A stretch of 64,000 nucleotides of DNA from the UHGV virus genome UHGV-1455077. One strand, written 5' to 3'. The position numbers and the translations under genes were made by a program. The notes beneath the pieces are model-generated. The model was given only the letters and a program-made list of their open reading frames with translations, was not told the DNA's origin and ran no database searches. Every line of letters begins with the position of its first letter. The stretch's first letter is position 1. The stretch is from a virus. Below, in pieces: positions 47,812 to 59,409 of the stretch.

Positions 47812-50800
47812 ATTTTTCTTCAAAATATGATAACATTTTTTGAATTACAATTGCACTTTCAGCTTCTAAATAATCATATTTTGTTTGATTTCCTATGAAA
47901 ATTGAATCATCACGAGAATCATAATCACCATTCCAGAAATTTAATGTTACATTAAAATCTTCTGCAACAGTAACTTTACTACCAACAGGAACAGTTGCTT
48001 TTGTAAATGGTAATTCATTTGTTAAATATTCAAGAGTATCATTACTACCTGTTTTTAATCCTAATACAACTGCGGATGTTGAAACTCCTGAAACTAATGA
48101 AAATGTTATTGGATATTGATTATATCCTTCTCCAGATATATCTGGTGTATAAATTTTAACATTATTAGCAAAACTGTTTTTCATATATGAAGCATCTAAT
48201 ACACCGTTTTTAGTTATATTAATTCCCATATAATCATAACCATTCCATAAATCTTCGGTAATAATAAAATCAGTTGTTCTTGGTGTTTCATCTCTATACC
48301 AATTTGGAACATTATTTTTTAATTCTGCATCATCCATATATGTATATAAACTATCAGAAACATTAATTGTTCCATCTTGTAAACCAACAGTATGGAAGAT
48401 TGGAGATGTTCCTTGCATTCCTTCATATTGTTTAAGTATCCACTTGCCATCAGAATATATTTTTACAACATCGCCTGTTTCAAAATGATATTCTTCAAAA
48501 TGTTCTTGTAAATCAATCTCTGATTCAAAAGTTGCTCTTGGTGTTATCATTTTAATTGAATCATCAGCATATAAATCTTTATATGTCCAATATTTAGAAA
48601 CATCATAAGTTTGATATTTTAATAAAGTATAATCATTTAAATTATCCATTCTCCATAAAGTCCAAATATTTTCATATACTTCATCAGTTTTTACTAAAAT
48701 TGTTTTTCCAATTAAAGCTGTGTCTTCACTTGAAATCATTTCTAAATGAGTATCAAATGAATAATCATATTCTGGATATGGTTCTTTACTTAAAAATATA
48801 TTATTAAATTCACTTGAACCAACATCAATATCTGATAATACATCACGAGTATCAAATATATGATTTAATATATCAACGAAATTTTGTCTTGCTTTTGATA
48901 TATTTTCAAACATTGTTTGTCGAGGTCTAATGTAAATACCAATTTTATTTCTTTCTAATAATTCTGGGTCAGGAACAACTTGACCTAAAGAATCATAGCC
49001 AACTAAACTTGCTTTCATTTTATCCCATAATGAATCTGGAATTTCGGCATCAGTATTTTCTTTAACTAAAACCCATTCTTCGTGTTCAGTTACATCATTA
49101 TCGCCTAAAAAATTCAATTGAATTACAAAATCTCTACCTGCATTTATTGTATCAAAATTACCAATAATCATTGAACTATATTGTGTTTCGCCATCATACG
49201 CATATACAGGAGCATACCAAATTACACCTTCATCTTGTGGAGAATTGATAATTTGCGAAATATATAATGCACTTGTATGTCTGAATTGAACTGAAGGTAT
49301 TTCAGATGGATTTTTTACCCAATAGTAATAATATACTTCATTTTTTTCAGTTGAATTATTATATACTTCTTTAGTTACATAAGAAATATCTTTTGGTTCA
49401 GTTGTTGATTTAGTCCATTCCATTATAGCAATTTCTGAACCAGGCATTTGTTTACCCCAATTATTTCTTCTATAAGTAATTTCTCCTTGTGAATAGTCTA
49501 AATATTTAACTTTTGAAATATCCCACCATAATTGTCCAACTTTATTATCACCCCAAGTTGAATAATTATTATAATCAGCAGGGTCTTGTGCAATTATATA
49601 ATTAATTTCTTTTAATAAATTATTTGGAAAAACTCCTTGAATTGGGTCATAAGGCTGAATAGTTGCCATTGTTTCATTATTATCATCATTAACCATAAAG
49701 CAAGATTTAACTTCTTTAATATTAACTTTACGATTTTGTAAACGATATAATGAATATGTTTTATCAACTGTTGGTTTATAATCTATATCAGTTTCTCCAA
49801 CATCATAAACTTCTCCAGATTGTTCATTAATATATTTAAATACTGACCAAGCCATTTTATCAATAATATTTTGTGAATCATTAATATGATAAGATGGGTC
49901 ATAAATTTTCTTTAAGTTATCTACATTATTAATAACATCTCTTAATACATATATTAAATCGCCAATTTCTAAATGAGTTGTATCAAAACTATAAACATCA
50001 GCAATTTTATCAACAACCATAGAAATCCAATTGTTTTCTTCATCAACTTTTTTACGTATATCCCAACCTTGTTTAGTATTGGCAAATGAAATCCAAACTT
50101 TTTCACCAACTTTCATATTTTTTAACATTTCATCAAAAGTTGTTTCATTATCAATGATATAATTTGTTTCACCAATTTCTGCAAATCCAGCAGTTGGATA
50201 AAATTTAAAATTATTTGTAAAGTTAAATTTATTTAATTCTTTACTTTCTTTTTTCTTTAACCAATTTGAATTATTCCAAGTAATATCAATAATAGAATTA
50301 TTTAATTTAACATTATCAGATGTTGTAAATGAAACAATTTGAGGGTCTTGCGTGATTAAATCAGGTTGTACTTTTAATTCAATAATTGAACTATTTGAAG
50401 TATAACCAAATTCTCCAACTTTAAATGCCCAGTTTTCAAACAATTCAATTTCATTATTTTCTGCATCCATAATATAAGTTGAACGATTTAATTTATCAAA
50501 TGAACGTTTTGTCCCTTTTTCTTTAAGTAATCCTTTATAGAAATCAAAGATATTTCTATCATCAATTAATAATCTTTCCATAGATGGTAATTTTTGAAAA
50601 CCAATAGTTCTCTTTGCATAATCACCAAAAATACCTTGTGAGCGAACATCATCAGTATTATAGAAATATTTAAAATCATTAGCTAATTTATCATAGTTTG
50701 GATATGCTCCATTTTTATCAATTAAATAACCAGGAGCAAAATATGTTCCGTTCCAGCCATCAACTTTAATACCTAAAAGTTTTAAACGCTGTGCTTTAAT

Positions 50801-53800
50801 ACAAAGTAATGGGTCATATATAATGTCACCATAAATTGTTTGATTATCAAATAATATAATATGTTCATTTTCAATTTCTTTAATTTTCAAACAAGTAATA
50901 GCTTTATTTGTTGAGAATATATAAGTATCACCTTCTTTACGATAAACATCTAAATCTTCATTGAATATTGGTAAAGAAGCAGTATTTAATACTGACCAAT
51001 AACCATTAACATATTGTCCAACTTTATCAATAAATGCATCGTGGAAAATACCAATACCATCAGCACCAGGATTTAACATAATAATTGAATCTGTTTCAAT
51101 ATTTGTTGTCGTCCATAATAAGAAATCTCTAGCTTTATTTCTGAAATTTACCAATTCTCCATTGGTATCTAACATATTAAAATACCATCCTTCAACATCT
51201 TCAAGATATTTTCCATAACCATTAATAATATTATAAACATCTTGAATAGAAGAATAAACAGTTTTATAATTTATTTTTTCTAATTTATCAGTCCATTCAT
51301 TATAATAAATAACATTTCTTCCAGCAATATTAACAGTTGATTTTTTACCATTATATTGAGGAATTTTTACCATAAAATATGGCTTTTCATAATCATAACC
51401 ATCTATCATATAACCAGATTCAACTTTTTGAATTACAATTGCTGAATATGAATATTGTTTATCGGTAATAGTTTTATATAAATCTAATTCATAATTTTGT
51501 GAAGGAATAACTCCAAAATTATCTGATAAAATTTTAATACTATCATATTTGTAATAGCCTGCACATTTATAAGATAATTTCATTGTAATTTTTCTTATTG
51601 AATCAGCAATATAATTTGTAATATCTACATTTTCGTGTAATAAGAAATCTGAAATCCATTGTTGAATACCAATTTTTTGAATATAAGAATTATCAACTAA
51701 TTCATTATGCATAACAACATCAGATGGAGAAGGTCTTTTACCTAAATCATCATAAATAATTTGCTCATATGAAGTATCTTTAAAAATAACTTTAATATTT
51801 TGAGTATCCCAATTTCTTTCTACCCATTCTGTTGGTCTCATCATATATAAAATTGATTGAATTGAATATCTATATTCAGATGTATACATCCACGCAAATT
51901 CCCAACGACCAATATCACCAACTTTCCAAGATTGTCTTGCATAATATGGAATAGGAGCATTTAAAACAATACCAATATCAACTGGATTTAATAATTCACC
52001 ATTTTCATTAACTGGTAAATATTTTTCAATTAATTGTGGACGTTTTAAAAATTCATATTCTCCTTTTGATTCTCCATCAGCTACGTAACCATTTTCAATA
52101 TCTTGCCACATAGGTAAATTTGCAGAAGTATATGGTGCAGTACCATAATGTTCTTCCCACCATTCAGGCATTGAACCAAAACCTAACATTTCCCAAGGAT
52201 GAGTATGAGGTCTATAAGTATCATAGTAATACATATAAATTGATTTATATGAACCATATAATTGTTCGCCATCAGCATCTACACAAGTTGAATAATTCCA
52301 AGAAAATGGGTCATTTTGGTCAAAACCATCATTAATAGTATAATCAACACCTTTATCTTGACACCATTTTTCAAAAATAGGAGTTAAAAATTCTTTATAT
52401 TCTTGTTGATTATAACTTGTTTCTCTAAATTTACCAGGAATATATTCTAACTTATTGTATAATGGTAAACTATTTTTAAATTTATCTAAGATTGAATTAT
52501 AAATAGCTGTTTCAATTCCTAATAATGCTTCATCACGATAATCATTAAATAACATTTGATATGAACCATCGTGGCAAAGTAAAACTTTTGGTTTATTAGC
52601 ATTTTCTTCAAATACAATAATCTGTGGCTTATAACAAGAATCTAATCCTAAATATGCAGGAGTAGCTGGAATATAACATTCTCCATATTCATTTGCTACA
52701 CCATTATTATAAAATGAATTTAATCCTTCTTTACCAATATTAATTTTACTTAATGCAGTTTGAATAATTTTTTTAACATCTGTTTGTTGAGTTATATGAG
52801 AAACTGAACCTGTTGGACTAATAACATCAACAGTTTCATATTCATCATATTCTCCACTATTACTCATTGAAGTAATAATATTTTTAAATTTAGTTTTAAA
52901 TTTTGTATATTCATTAGTTATATATGTTAATACTGTTCTTATATTTGAAAATTCACGAGAATTTAGCAACATTGTTTTAAGGGCAGGACTTTCGTGTTGT
53001 AAAATTTCTGTACCTAATGATAAATCTTTTTTTGTATTATTATAATTATTATTTCCTGATGAATTACCACTAAATGCACTTTGATTTTCAATGATGCTTC
53101 TTAATTGGTCAAAACATTCATTATAATTAATTTGAGAAATATCTTCATTCATTGCATTTGAAGTAATAGTTAATGGTAAATCATAAAAATATCCATCAGC
53201 AATTGTATCAGTTAACTTTTTAACTAATAATTTAATATATAAGCTATCATCAGTATTTAAAATACTTGTTTCAGCAATCATTAATTTTTTATCTTTAATG
53301 ATATAATCAATACCGTCATTTAACAAAACACCATTTAGATATACAAATGATGATTTTTTATTTGTAACTTCGTCTGGCTGATATGCTAATTGAAAAACAG
53401 TATATTTCACATCATCAATTGTTTCATATACTTTATTATCTGAAACTGTTAACTCGGTTGTAATATATTGAGTAGTTATATCTTTAGAAATATACCAGTT
53501 ATTTAAATATACATCTTGTCCATTTAATTTAAAAAACTTAAATCCATCATACTCTTTTAATATTGTATAATCATAATAAGTAAATGTTTGTGTTCTAATT
53601 ATATTATCAAAAATGTAATTACCATAGCCATCAGTAACAATAGCTTTATTTAAATCTTCATCTATTGTTGCTCCTGCTTCATCAGTTGTAACATAATCAA
53701 ATAATTTACTTCCCTTAAATGATGATTGATTGTAATATAATTGATTATCTAAAGTGTTTTTTTCATCATCATAAAGTTGAAATAATGGTGATTGATTAAC

Positions 53801-55174
53801 ATTATGCTTTTGTTGTCCTGTTATCCATTCTCCATTGTTATAATAGTAATAAATACCTGCATAACGACCTTTACGTACAGTTATGCCTTCTCCTTCAACT
53901 GGTGAACCATCTGTTGATAAACCATTAATTACTGGTTGTAAAATAACAGTATTAATTGATGAAACGCCTGAAACTTGATAAATTCTATTATTTGATAATT
54001 CATCAGAATCGCCTGTGATTAAAATTGTCATTCCATCTTTTAAATCAACCCCTTGTATTGGTTGTGGAACAATACCATTTAAATCATTCTTTCTACTATT
54101 AACAATTAAATCAACATATCCACGATTATAAGTTCCATAATTATATAATTGAATATCTTTATTAAAACATAAAATAGGTTTTTTAGCCTGAATATATTGA
54201 ATTTTTCTTGTATTATCTGTGTATCTGATACTTTCAAACTCACCAAAAGTTTTAACTTTAATTGTTAAATCCATATCAGCATAAATCATTGTATCATCAG
54301 TCATATCTTCTGGCGATGCGTTTGTATAATATAATACATTATTACTTATTAATTGATAAATTATTGTATTTTCAATTTTATCTAAAACTGAACGATGAAA
54401 CCAACGATTTCTTAATGACCAAGCGTTACCATCAATTGCTCCTCTTTCCATAACATAATAATCAGGAGCTTTAGATATTGAAGATAAAATTTCACTATCA
54501 TTAATTAATTGAATTGATGAACCAACTCCTTCTACAATAAATGGAATATTATTATACTCTGGATTTTCATCATTAATAAATAACACTCTCATACCAGATG
54601 AAAAATTTACTGTTACTTCATTTTCATCTTCATCAATTCCTTTATAAGTATAATTTTCTTTTCCAATAATATCAGTAACAGCATTTGTTTTTGATAATAA
54701 TTCTACTGGTGGCTGACCATCTTCTACCCAATAATAAAAGTTATAGTTTAAAAACATATCTATATTAATTGGCGGACACCAAGACCAATATGTATCCGAA
54801 AGCAATCTGTTTTGGTCATTTGTTTCACAACCCTGAATTTTCAATGTATTTAAGAAATTACTAAAATCAACAACGGAATTATTTGATTCTAATGATTCAT
54901 CATTAGGATTTGTTGTTACTAAAACAGGTGATAATTGATAAGTTTTTCTTTCACTTGATGGTTCTGAAAGATAAAAATCACCTTTTTCTAATGCAACCGA
55001 TTTTTTACCAATATATCCATTAATATAACTTTCATATGATTGTTGGAAAAATGGATTTAAAACATAATCTATATATTTGCCAATTAGTTGTCTATTTGAA
55101 AATTCTGCTGGAAAAAAATCTTTTAAATCTTTTTTAACAATTTGTTTAACCGAAGTTGCTTCATTAATTGCCAT
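47810..55174 (-). CDS. giant virion structural protein (2454 aa), likely tail fibre/baseplate-associated
   Basis: single uninterrupted ORF of 7.4 kb; late motif 26 nt upstream; Asn/Tyr-rich beta-type composition; no enzymatic motif recognised. Confidence 0.55.
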   Translation of the reverse strand: MAINEATSVKQIVKKDLKDFFPAEFSNRQLIGKYIDYVLNPFFQQSYESYINGYIGKKSVALEKGDFYLSEPSSERKTYQLSPVLVTTNPNDESLESNNSVVDFSNFLNTLKIQGCETNDQNRLLSDTYWSWCPPINIDMFLNYNFYYWVEDGQPPVELLSKTNAVTDIIGKENYTYKGIDEDENEVTVNFSSGMRVLFINDENPEYNNIPFIVEGVGSSIQLINDSEILSSISKAPDYYVMERGAIDGNAWSLRNRWFHRSVLDKIENTIIYQLISNNVLYYTNASPEDMTDDTMIYADMDLTIKVKTFGEFESIRYTDNTRKIQYIQAKKPILCFNKDIQLYNYGTYNRGYVDLIVNSRKNDLNGIVPQPIQGVDLKDGMTILITGDSDELSNNRIYQVSGVSSINTVILQPVINGLSTDGSPVEGEGITVRKGRYAGIYYYYNNGEWITGQQKHNVNQSPLFQLYDDEKNTLDNQLYYNQSSFKGSKLFDYVTTDEAGATIDEDLNKAIVTDGYGNYIFDNIIRTQTFTYYDYTILKEYDGFKFFKLNGQDVYLNNWYISKDITTQYITTELTVSDNKVYETIDDVKYTVFQLAYQPDEVTNKKSSFVYLNGVLLNDGIDYIIKDKKLMIAETSILNTDDSLYIKLLVKKLTDTIADGYFYDLPLTITSNAMNEDISQINYNECFDQLRSIIENQSAFSGNSSGNNNYNNTKKDLSLGTEILQHESPALKTMLLNSREFSNIRTVLTYITNEYTKFKTKFKNIITSMSNSGEYDEYETVDVISPTGSVSHITQQTDVKKIIQTALSKINIGKEGLNSFYNNGVANEYGECYIPATPAYLGLDSCYKPQIIVFEENANKPKVLLCHDGSYQMLFNDYRDEALLGIETAIYNSILDKFKNSLPLYNKLEYIPGKFRETSYNQQEYKEFLTPIFEKWCQDKGVDYTINDGFDQNDPFSWNYSTCVDADGEQLYGSYKSIYMYYYDTYRPHTHPWEMLGFGSMPEWWEEHYGTAPYTSANLPMWQDIENGYVADGESKGEYEFLKRPQLIEKYLPVNENGELLNPVDIGIVLNAPIPYYARQSWKVGDIGRWEFAWMYTSEYRYSIQSILYMMRPTEWVERNWDTQNIKVIFKDTSYEQIIYDDLGKRPSPSDVVMHNELVDNSYIQKIGIQQWISDFLLHENVDITNYIADSIRKITMKLSYKCAGYYKYDSIKILSDNFGVIPSQNYELDLYKTITDKQYSYSAIVIQKVESGYMIDGYDYEKPYFMVKIPQYNGKKSTVNIAGRNVIYYNEWTDKLEKINYKTVYSSIQDVYNIINGYGKYLEDVEGWYFNMLDTNGELVNFRNKARDFLLWTTTNIETDSIIMLNPGADGIGIFHDAFIDKVGQYVNGYWSVLNTASLPIFNEDLDVYRKEGDTYIFSTNKAITCLKIKEIENEHIILFDNQTIYGDIIYDPLLCIKAQRLKLLGIKVDGWNGTYFAPGYLIDKNGAYPNYDKLANDFKYFYNTDDVRSQGIFGDYAKRTIGFQKLPSMERLLIDDRNIFDFYKGLLKEKGTKRSFDKLNRSTYIMDAENNEIELFENWAFKVGEFGYTSNSSIIELKVQPDLITQDPQIVSFTTSDNVKLNNSIIDITWNNSNWLKKKESKELNKFNFTNNFKFYPTAGFAEIGETNYIIDNETTFDEMLKNMKVGEKVWISFANTKQGWDIRKKVDEENNWISMVVDKIADVYSFDTTHLEIGDLIYVLRDVINNVDNLKKIYDPSYHINDSQNIIDKMAWSVFKYINEQSGEVYDVGETDIDYKPTVDKTYSLYRLQNRKVNIKEVKSCFMVNDDNNETMATIQPYDPIQGVFPNNLLKEINYIIAQDPADYNNYSTWGDNKVGQLWWDISKVKYLDYSQGEITYRRNNWGKQMPGSEIAIMEWTKSTTEPKDISYVTKEVYNNSTEKNEVYYYYWVKNPSEIPSVQFRHTSALYISQIINSPQDEGVIWYAPVYAYDGETQYSSMIIGNFDTINAGRDFVIQLNFLGDNDVTEHEEWVLVKENTDAEIPDSLWDKMKASLVGYDSLGQVVPDPELLERNKIGIYIRPRQTMFENISKARQNFVDILNHIFDTRDVLSDIDVGSSEFNNIFLSKEPYPEYDYSFDTHLEMISSEDTALIGKTILVKTDEVYENIWTLWRMDNLNDYTLLKYQTYDVSKYWTYKDLYADDSIKMITPRATFESEIDLQEHFEEYHFETGDVVKIYSDGKWILKQYEGMQGTSPIFHTVGLQDGTINVSDSLYTYMDDAELKNNVPNWYRDETPRTTDFIITEDLWNGYDYMGINITKNGVLDASYMKNSFANNVKIYTPDISGEGYNQYPITFSLVSGVSTSAVVLGLKTGSNDTLEYLTNELPFTKATVPVGSKVTVAEDFNVTLNFWNGDYDSRDDSIFIGNQTKYDYLEAESAIVIQKMLSYFEEK

Positions 55175-55200
55175 TATTTTATCCTTTTATATTCATAATA

Positions 55201-55208
55201 ATATTTAT
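55201..55208 (-). promoter_or_regulatory. late-promoter-like motif for giant gene
   Basis: plus-strand atatttat 26 nt upstream of start 55174. Confidence 0.4.
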
Positions 55209-55269
55209 GATTTCAAGAAGTCAAATTTTTAAGGTATACAAATAACATAAATACATACAGAAGCATTTT

Positions 55270-55278
55270 AATAAATAT
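55270..55278 (+). promoter_or_regulatory. late-promoter-like motif AATAAATAT 26 nt upstream of 55305
   Basis: ttaataaatatgttt. Confidence 0.45.
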
Positions 55279-55304
55279 GTTTATAAAGATTAATGGAGAT
55301 AACA

Positions 55305-55910
55305 ATGGATTATGTAAATACACTTTCAAAATTTGGTGTTAAATTAGATGATAGAAACCAAAGAACTAAATTTAACCACTTAAAAACTCGTTATAGAGTT
55401 AGATTTGAAGGCTTCGCTTCACCAATCGGCGGTGAAAACATAACTATGGATATGCGTAGTTTTACAACACCAAAGGGTGCATTTGAAGACCAGACTATTG
55501 AAACAGTAAATGGCCCAATTTACTATCCAGGAAAATGGACTTGGGAACCAACATCATTTACTGTTTATGATTCTTATGATAATATGAATTATAAAGAATT
55601 ATATCGTCAAATTCAATTACAAAGAGATTTATCAGAACAAGTTACAGGTACTGTTTCTCAAAACTATAAATATGTAACAATGTTTGAATATACTGATGGT
55701 CACCAAAATGCTATTGCAACTTGGGTAATGGAAGGTTGTTTCTTACTTCAAGCTCAACCAGAAGATGGTGATAATGGAAACCACGAATCAATGTTAATTA
55801 ACTGTTCACAAAGATTTGATAACGCAACCTTATATGATTATGATGGAACTTTAATTACAGGTGATGGTGCAGTTTCAACATTAATGTCTAAAGTTTTAGC
55901 CTATAACTAA
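55305..55910 (+). CDS. putative tail tube protein (gp19-like)
   Basis: start revised to MDYVNTL after GGAGA RBS; NGPIYYPGKWTWEPTSFTVYD resembles the gp19/gp48/gp54 tube family block; flanked by late motif and strong terminator. Confidence 0.4.
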   Translation: MDYVNTLSKFGVKLDDRNQRTKFNHLKTRYRVRFEGFASPIGGENITMDMRSFTTPKGAFEDQTIETVNGPIYYPGKWTWEPTSFTVYDSYDNMNYKELYRQIQLQRDLSEQVTGTVSQNYKYVTMFEYTDGHQNAIATWVMEGCFLLQAQPEDGDNGNHESMLINCSQRFDNATLYDYDGTLITGDGAVSTLMSKVLAYN

Positions 55911-55926
55911 TACATTTAACAAAATT

Positions 55927-55957
55927 AAAAAGAGAGGTTTTAAAACCTCTCTTTTTT
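55927..55957. terminator. bidirectional rho-independent terminator
   Basis: aaaaagagaggttttaaaacctctctttttt. Confidence 0.8.
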
Positions 55958-55971
55958 AATATTCATTTGAA

Positions 55972-58758
55972 TTACTTATCATTACTAACTGTTATAATTT
56001 CCCCATTAGCAGGTTGATTATTTAATATCACATAATTCATTTCTTGCTTTGCGGCTTTTTCAAGTGTAGATTCATCTGATGAATATGCAACTTCTTCAGT
56101 AACTATTTTATAATCATCTTTAGTTAATAATACTGGATTTTCACTATAAATGACACTATCTGTTGTATATTCTTTATCAATATAAAAATTAGTAATTCTA
56201 TAACGAGAAGAATTTACTTCTTGAATATTTTCAAAATACAATTTTTCATCATTAATAAAAATATATCCCATAAAAGAAGGTTTAGAACTTTTAATTTCAA
56301 TTTTATTACCATCATAAATATTATTTTTATTAGTTACAGTTGGTAAACCTAAAATTTCAATATTATCTTCATTGCTTGTTGGAGATGTTAAATTACTAAT
56401 TGTAATATCTATATTTTGTAATGGCATTATGACTAATTTATTATCATAAATATATGCTTTAACAATATTTTTTGTTGCCGATAAATTATTAATTGTATCA
56501 ACAGCATCTTGTAATGTACCTCTTTCTGGATGTTCTTTCATATATCCAGTTGAATTTTTATCTGAACCCCAAACAACATTATTTTTATTAATTCTTAATC
56601 CATTTGAACCATCTTTTAAAATTGGTGTATCTGTTGTTATATATGCTTTAGTTCCTTGAACATATGTACCTGTTAATTCTTGTAAAGGACTTCCAACATT
56701 ATTACTAAGTACGATACTTTTTCCCTGATTAGCAATCATAACTATATTATTATTATCTTTAATAATATTAAAATTAGATATACCAGAAGTTGATTGTTTC
56801 ATATATGTTATAAATTCATCAATACCTGTTATATTTTTTGTAATTTTGACAATATATGTTTTATTTCCAATAATAACATTTAAATTCTGATTTGAATGAA
56901 TTACTAAATTATTTGTTGGTATTGTTAATGACACATTACCTGGTTTATAGATATTATCACTTGAAATATCAAAATATGTACTATTATATTTTATTGGTGT
57001 TAATAAATTTATTAATGGCTTAATCATTACATTAACTTTTTCATTATCAGTTAATGTACCTGGAATTATAAATTTATTTTCTACATCATCGGTAATAAAT
57101 GTCATTATTGATTTAACTCGTGATGAACAATCTTTTTGTGTAGATTCTCTAAAATCAATAACATAATCATTTATATTATGTTTTTCTGCTAAATAACTTC
57201 CGTCTGCACCTCGTCTTATTCTTTTTAAAATATTATTTGCTTCATCAACTTCATAAAATTCAATAATTTCAGAATTAATAATTATTTTTCCTGGAGTAAT
57301 ATCTTTGTTTTTTTCAATAATTGGTAGTTTAAGAGCATTAATATTTTTAACATATATTTCAGAATCACCAATATTTAAATCTTTTGTTAATTGAGTAATT
57401 TTACTTTTACTAAAATTCATTTTATATTGATAATCTTTATAATCACACCCATATAATGAAGTTGGAACATTATTATCATCAACATTATAAATCATTAAAT
57501 ATGGTAATGGAGCAGATACACAAAGTTCAGATGGTCTTTCAACTTCATATGAAGGTCTTAAAAAACCACTACCATCAACATTAATAACATTGTTTGATTG
57601 TCCATAACGGTCTTCCCAAGTATATATTTTATCATATATATAATAATAATCAATAGTTGTTACAATTATATGTCCATTTTCCACAATTCTATTATCATAA
57701 TATTGATTATTTTCTTTATCAAATGGAAGATAAACTTTACCATCAACTAATTCCCAATTTGTTAATGGAACTCTTGTAATTTGTTCACTTATATCTCTTG
57801 TACCATTTGGATATTCAATATTAACAGTTATTTTATTACTATTAAATCCGCCTTCTGGAACATCAAAATACTCTGTACCATATTCTTTAAATTCTTTTAA
57901 TCCTGTATCTGATGACATTTTATTAAATGGATGTCCAACAAAAACCCAAGATTTTTTTTGACCATCTTTATTTTCAGTAATAACAAGTTTTTCTAAGTTA
58001 CGAATTGTATAAAATAATGTTAATAAATTATTTTCTAATGAATAATCAGTAATTTCTGTTTCTATTCCATTAAAATATGATGTTATTGTAATAAAATTAT
58101 GTTGTAATAAATCTTCATTTTCTAATTTAAATGTTTGTAAACCAACATTTACAAATTCTTTTATATAAGGATAATCAAAATTTTCATTATAATTAACTAA
58201 ACAATAATCATTAGTTACTGTTGGTGCATCATACAAAGTTGAATCATATAAAAATGCATCATATCCAGCCGTATCAACATTAAATGTTGAACCATTAATT
58301 GTAATTCCTTTAAAATGGCAATTTAAATAATCTTTAATATCATCTAAATTTTTAGTTTTATATGCATATAATCTGTTTGCCATATGTGTGTCCATATATT
58401 CAATATCAGATAAAGAACCTTGAGGGTCAACTGCTGATGTTACAGCATCATAACGAATATACATTGTTATATTATTTTTTTCTTGTTCTTTTGCCCCAGA
58501 AACATTTACATCATCTCGTTGAGAAGAATATTTTTCAATAAATTGTTCAAATTCCACGTGATAGGGCTTAATTTGATAAATGTAATCAATAACATCTTCA
58601 ATAACTGAATCTTGTTTATATTTTTTATTATTAACTGTTGAGTTAATACCAGTATAATTCACTAAACTGGTTTTTAATGCCCAATCAACGTTTTTTTGTT
58701 CTGAAAAAATATAATGCAATAAACCAAAAAATATTTTATTTTTATCTAATAATGACAT
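55972..58758 (-). CDS. large putative structural protein (baseplate/fibre)
   Basis: 928 aa; late motif 25 nt upstream. Confidence 0.5.
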   Translation of the reverse strand: MSLLDKNKIFFGLLHYIFSEQKNVDWALKTSLVNYTGINSTVNNKKYKQDSVIEDVIDYIYQIKPYHVEFEQFIEKYSSQRDDVNVSGAKEQEKNNITMYIRYDAVTSAVDPQGSLSDIEYMDTHMANRLYAYKTKNLDDIKDYLNCHFKGITINGSTFNVDTAGYDAFLYDSTLYDAPTVTNDYCLVNYNENFDYPYIKEFVNVGLQTFKLENEDLLQHNFITITSYFNGIETEITDYSLENNLLTLFYTIRNLEKLVITENKDGQKKSWVFVGHPFNKMSSDTGLKEFKEYGTEYFDVPEGGFNSNKITVNIEYPNGTRDISEQITRVPLTNWELVDGKVYLPFDKENNQYYDNRIVENGHIIVTTIDYYYIYDKIYTWEDRYGQSNNVINVDGSGFLRPSYEVERPSELCVSAPLPYLMIYNVDDNNVPTSLYGCDYKDYQYKMNFSKSKITQLTKDLNIGDSEIYVKNINALKLPIIEKNKDITPGKIIINSEIIEFYEVDEANNILKRIRRGADGSYLAEKHNINDYVIDFRESTQKDCSSRVKSIMTFITDDVENKFIIPGTLTDNEKVNVMIKPLINLLTPIKYNSTYFDISSDNIYKPGNVSLTIPTNNLVIHSNQNLNVIIGNKTYIVKITKNITGIDEFITYMKQSTSGISNFNIIKDNNNIVMIANQGKSIVLSNNVGSPLQELTGTYVQGTKAYITTDTPILKDGSNGLRINKNNVVWGSDKNSTGYMKEHPERGTLQDAVDTINNLSATKNIVKAYIYDNKLVIMPLQNIDITISNLTSPTSNEDNIEILGLPTVTNKNNIYDGNKIEIKSSKPSFMGYIFINDEKLYFENIQEVNSSRYRITNFYIDKEYTTDSVIYSENPVLLTKDDYKIVTEEVAYSSDESTLEKAAKQEMNYVILNNQPANGEIITVSNDK

Positions 58759-58802
58759 TTGATTCCTTACTTTTTAATATAATTATTTATTGATTGATTT
58801 CT

Positions 58803-58856
58803 CACGAATAAATATATATACAAAAGAATAAATATATATACAAAAGAATAAATATC
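58803..58856 (+). repeat. 2.5 tandem copies of 20-bp unit GAATAAATATATATACAAAA, each carrying the late-promoter-like motif
   Basis: direct reading: gaataaatatatatacaaaa gaataaatatatatacaaaa gaataaatat; last copy 26 nt from ATG 58882. Confidence 0.8.
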
Positions 58857-58881
58857 TTATTGATAACCAAAGGTTAAATTT

Positions 58882-59409
58882 ATGAGCTATTCAGGTTTTT
58901 TAAGTGACCCAGAGTATACACGCAGAAGTCAGGATGAAAATGTTACAGGAAATTGGACATTTGAACATATTGTGACTTGCAAAGAAGCTATTCGTGGTAC
59001 AGCTATTGCCACATATTATGGTGACTTAGCAGAATATTATACACATTCTGTTATGGAACAAATTCCTGTGGGAACTTTAGTTAAATTTGGTGGCGAAAAA
59101 GAAATTACAAAAACCCAACCTAATGATAAACATTGCTTTGGAATTATTTCTTCAAAACCTGGTATTGAATTAAATAAAAAAACTCAAGAAGGTGCATTAC
59201 CTGTTGCATTATGTGGTAAAGTTCCTTGTAGAGTTTCTGGAACAATTAAAAAATTTGAAAAATTAACAACTTCTAAAATTGCAGGTGTTGCAAAAAAGAA
59301 AACATTTTTAGATTGGTTACTCTTTAAACCAACAATTGGTATTTCTTTAGAAGAAAAAACTAAAAAAACTGAAAAACTTATTGAAATTTTTATGCACACT
59401 CATATATAA
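58882..59409 (+). CDS. hypothetical protein
   Basis: 175 aa; first gene of plus-strand cassette between minus-strand structural genes. Confidence 0.45.
   Translation: MSYSGFLSDPEYTRRSQDENVTGNWTFEHIVTCKEAIRGTAIATYYGDLAEYYTHSVMEQIPVGTLVKFGGEKEITKTQPNDKHCFGIISSKPGIELNKKTQEGALPVALCGKVPCRVSGTIKKFEKLTTSKIAGVAKKKTFLDWLLFKPTIGISLEEKTKKTEKLIEIFMHTHI

Noticed and set aside
58803-58856. Possible CRISPR array
   Set aside because: Only 2.5 copies of a 20-bp unit with no spacers between copies; AT-only repeat; interpreted as promoter duplication
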